Positions 60,258 through 64,000 of a stretch of DNA of 64,000 nucleotides are shown piece by piece (within the stretch, counting starts at the first letter, position 1; each line of letters begins with the position of its first letter). Below the pieces are notes generated by a model. The model did no database searches and was not told the DNA's origin. It was given only the letters and a program-made list of their open reading frames with translations. Position numbers and translations under genes: made by a program. The stretch covers positions 49,166,001 through 49,230,000 of the forward strand of contig CM097887.1 of the NCBI GenBank assembly GCA_044892525.1, given 5' to 3'. This stretch comes from Schmidtea polychroa. Taxonomy: Eukaryota.

Positions 60258-62130
60258 TTAGTCATTTTATGCCAAAATTTTTTGTCGACCAAATTTTGAA
60301 GGAAACTGATAGTAGGTATTTTTTGATTGCATTGTTTTTATGTTAACCATGTATGTAACTATTTTAATGAACACCATTCTATAATTAAATTATTCTTACT
60401 AAATTCGTTGTTATTTAGATAAATATGACTGATCAGCGGCGTCACTGTGCGTCGCTATTCCGTCCTGCATTTGAAGATATCGAATAAAATTTTTATGCAA
60501 CCTACCAACATGCATTATTCGTACTATATTGATCGATACTATATGATTTCTTTTGTTCGGGTCCTTCGGAGGTCGAACTACTTCGTGGTTCTGCCACGGA
60601 GTTAGGTCGAGGAAACCCTCCGTCTGACTCTTTGTATTTATGTAAGGTCGACCGTAAATGGTTGACTCAACACTCAACACTAAGGTTTGTGGAAGTGGTC
60701 ACAGTGGGGCCATGGAAGCAATATTCTTCCCGACTTTGTACGTAATACAAATTTAAAATCAACATTAAAAATCAATGTCAAATATCTTTACAATAAGGTC
60801 TTAATCTGAGTAGAACTCATACCTAACCTTACACAATTCTGCAATCACCTTAATGAAGTCGGTTGATCAATAATAGCCATTCCAGTTGTACTTAGACATA
60901 TGCCGAATCCGATTTTGGTAATAAAAATTTGTAGTAACTCAAGTAATAGAAATGATAAAGTGTCCGGCATATGTGTGGGTATAACCTCATCTAGTTGGGA
61001 CTTCGAGATTAATTACTATGTGGATAAATTCAACCTACCTATAGATATTACAAATTTAACCGACTAAATTACAGATCTATTAATTCAAGCGCCCATCTTA
61101 AATATTTATAAAGATATAAGTACTTATTATAAAATTTACTAATTATAATCAAAATGCAAGGTATAGATAATTATGAGATTTTAGATATAAATTATATCGA
61201 CCCTGAAATTATAAATTGATAATGGAGAAGTCTTGATAATAAGTTTTAGATGGGGATAGTAATAAATAAATTTTAGCATAAGGATCAATTAACTTAGACC
61301 TAGTTATGTATAGACTGTAGACTCGTCAATATTCTGAAATTATACCCTAATAGTACCAAGAAATCTGCAAATAATTTTAGAAGACAATGTTGATCAAAAA
61401 GGATACTCATAAAGAAGTATACGAGTCGACTATAAAATTATAAATCCTGAATTATGAAATGACGAGTGGTGAAGTAATAAAATGATAACTTGTAGAACCT
61501 AGAATTACTATTTATAAAGCATAAAATTACGGATTATAAAATATAAATTTATAGATTACAAACTACGAAATTGTAAATAGAAAACGTAAAATTTCAAAGT
61601 ACAAACTCATAAATTGAAAAATATAAAATTAGAAAAGATAAAATTAGAATTTATAGGATATAAACTTATAAATTAAAAAAAAAATTAAAAACTATAAATT
61701 ATAAAATGTAAAATTGGCAATTATAAAATATAAATTTATAAACTACAAAATATAAAATTATAAATGGTAAAATAAAATTATAAATTATAAAATATACAGT
61801 TATAAATTATAATTAGTTATATATAAAATATTTAGGAATATAAATTATAAATAAGTATAAGTTCTAACTATAAGAGTAGGGAATACGAATAATTTGAGGT
61901 AAAGTCGTATTATAAAATATAATTTGTACCTAGGTATAACTACAAAGTATAAATGTAGAAATGAATTATAACTAGCTATAACCAAATTTTGACCATGAAG
62001 ATATAAAGTACAAGTAGCTACCATAGCTTACATCGAAGCATTCGACGTTAAAATTAGAAATGTAAATTAGTTTTGTTAAAATTATAAAGTATGAATTGAA
62101 AGTGATTATATTTCCAGTTATCATTCTAAA

Positions 62131-62530
62131 TTATTATTNNNNNNNNNNNNNNNNNNNNNNNNNNNNNNNNNNNNNNNNNNNNNNNNNNNNNNNNNNNNNN
62201 NNNNNNNNNNNNNNNNNNNNNNNNNNNNNNNNNNNNNNNNNNNNNNNNNNNNNNNNNNNNNNNNNNNNTCATTATCATTATGATTATTATTATTATTATT
62301 ATCATTATTACCATTAATATTATCACTAATATTATTATTATTATTACTATTATTATTATTATTATCATTATTATCATCATTACTACCATTAATATTACTA
62401 TTAATATTGCTATTATTATTATTATTATTATTATTAATCTTATTATTATTATTATTACCATTATTATTATTATTATCATTATTACTATTATTATTATTAT
62501 TGTCGTTATTATCATCGCTAATACTATCAT
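62131..62530. repeat. (ATT)n microsatellite with a 130-N gap (62139-62268)
   Basis: Visible trinucleotide repeat; source of the poly-Asn and poly-Ile pseudo-ORFs. Confidence 0.97.
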
Positions 62531-62659
62531 TGTCCCTATTCATAAGTTGTAGTTCACAAAAATAAAAATCTAAATCAAATATTGATTTAGGATTTCCCCC
62601 CGGAGTTAAATTTGGAATCAACCTTTTTGAACTAATAGGAATGACTGAAATACTAGAAA

Positions 62660-62687
62660 GTTATTTTTAGCAACACCCCTCCCCCTA
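62660..62687 (-). promoter_or_regulatory. Candidate PPT and 3' LTR start of another minus-strand LTR element extending beyond the window
   Basis: The minus strand reads AGGGGGAGGGG immediately followed by TGTTGCTAAAAATAAC (TG at 62675). Confidence 0.45.
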
Positions 62688-63609
62688 GAAAATGTTAGCA
62701 CCATCTAGGTTAGCTGAGGATATGGGTGGGAGTACCTGATCCAACATATAAACTACCCCCCTTTAATCCTGAATGAATGGCAAATATATAACTTTGTTTA
62801 TTAGAAGATTAAATTACTATTAATAAAAACATAAGATTTTTCTTTTATTATGAACAACAAATCATATTACCAAGCCACTAAGAATCAAAAATTATGAATC
62901 GTATGATGATCTCCCAAAACTAGGCTCATCCATCTCCAACCAGGAAAAGTTATCATCCAACATTCCTGGAAATCAAAATTTACGGTAAATAAATGAATTA
63001 CCTCAAATGCATGAAAGTCGACTGTACCACTCATGACGAACACAACCAAGGGAGAGGTAAGCAAACGAGAAACTAAGCTCGTCACTAATACCTATCACCC
63101 CGGCGTGCCCGAATTCAGTAGTAATTCGATAATTTCCAGAAAATGGCAAAGAATTGACATAAGAATTTTTAAATTACCAACTAGTGGTAAATCACTTTTG
63201 GTGAATAAAATAATGATTTAAAACAAAGTGACTTTTGGAGAATTATCGATCGGGGCATAAACTTTCTAGTATTAATACTCAACATTAAAAAAAAACTTTT
63301 CTTTCATTTGATTAATTAAAGGATGAGAAAATCTTTCTTTCAATTAGTTAGTTAACAGGATACCCAATAAATTAAATCGGAAATTTCCGGTTAAATGTAT
63401 ATATATTAATTATGATAGCTTTGATGATTAATTATTAAATGTATAGGCATTGATTGGGATAACTTTGGTGATTAATTGTTGAATATATATACATATTAAT
63501 AAATTTGGTGATTAATGCACTATTTGTGTACAATGTTGTATATTTTATCGTACTTTAAATTTATAAGTCACACGGGCTATACACGGGTCTTAATATTTTT
63601 ATTACAGAC

Positions 63610-63979
63610 ATGTCGCAATCTAGCTCTAGCAGTGACGAGGGTACTGACCAGCAGACGATCACCCGTCTCCGGACCCGGTACATACATCTGGTACCATATA
63701 CATCGGTGGGGTCAGGGAAGGGACCTGGATTGCGCAGCTCGAGTAATCCGGACGGGCCCCGAAGCGGATGCCCCGGCATGGGTGAAGGTGGAGCCGGAGA
63801 ATAACCGGTTGCAGGAGGCTCGAAATCAAGCGGCCTGGGACCTGGAAGCCGCACAGATTCGACTAAAGAATATAGAGGCCCAAATCCGGGCCAAGCGAGA
63901 AGGAGTGTCCCTGGAGGAACTCGAAGAAGCCGAAGCAACTCCCCGAAAGAGAGGGAGGCCCCGCAAACATCGGTCGTGA
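63610..63979 (+). CDS. GC-rich orphan ORF with coiled coil and C-terminal AT-hook; probably frameshifted
   Basis: Acceptor ttattacag 2 nt before ATG 63610 (MSQSSSSSDEG). The overlapping frame continues WVKVEPENNRLQEARNQAAWDLEAAQIRLKNIEAQIRAK...TPRKRGRPRKHRS. Confidence 0.5.
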
Positions 63980-64000
63980 TTATTGGAGGACAATTAACAT

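Noticed and set aside
60236-60275. CCCGAAACGTGTCGG resembling a Penelope/hammerhead ribozyme arm
   Set aside because: The required CTGANGA core is not present at a suitable distance.
62096-62621. Poly-Asn, poly-Ile and poly-X ORFs
   Set aside because: Artefacts of the (ATT)n microsatellite and the N gap.

Overview
AT-rich eukaryotic (animal-like) DNA. Host genes have very short GT-AG introns (about 42-55 nt), there are two N gaps, and much of the window is transposon-derived. The TE mix (mariner, Merlin, hAT, piggyBac, gypsy) would fit a flatworm-like invertebrate, but the organism cannot be fixed from sequence alone. Host content: an intact PSMC4/Rpt3 gene, a 10-exon TANGO6/Rtp1-like gene, a two-exon SPC25-like gene and a degenerate PLRG1 retrocopy. 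The main feature is a ~21-kb minus-strand Ty3/gypsy-type element (35576-56616) with a retrovirus-like organisation that I do not recognise from any described family. Its Gag (capsid, three zinc knuckles) is extended by three ubiquitin-like folds. A chuvirus/class III-type envelope glycoprotein lies UPSTREAM of, and in frame with, protease-RT-RNaseH-integrase. Integrase runs on into two ankyrin clusters and a second single-pass membrane protein. A 3' cassette of five intronless accessory ORFs follows, including a full-length TRAF (RING-Zn fingers-coiled coil-MATH). An AG dinucleotide lies 1-4 nt upstream of an in-frame ATG in the Env-Pol ORF and all five accessory ORFs, suggesting spliced subgenomic mRNAs. 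This copy has several nonsense codons and two frameshifts. A separate, young 4.6-kb gypsy element with non-canonical TA...TA LTR ends lies at 8388-12949. All family assignments rest on motif recognition by eye; no database search was run.
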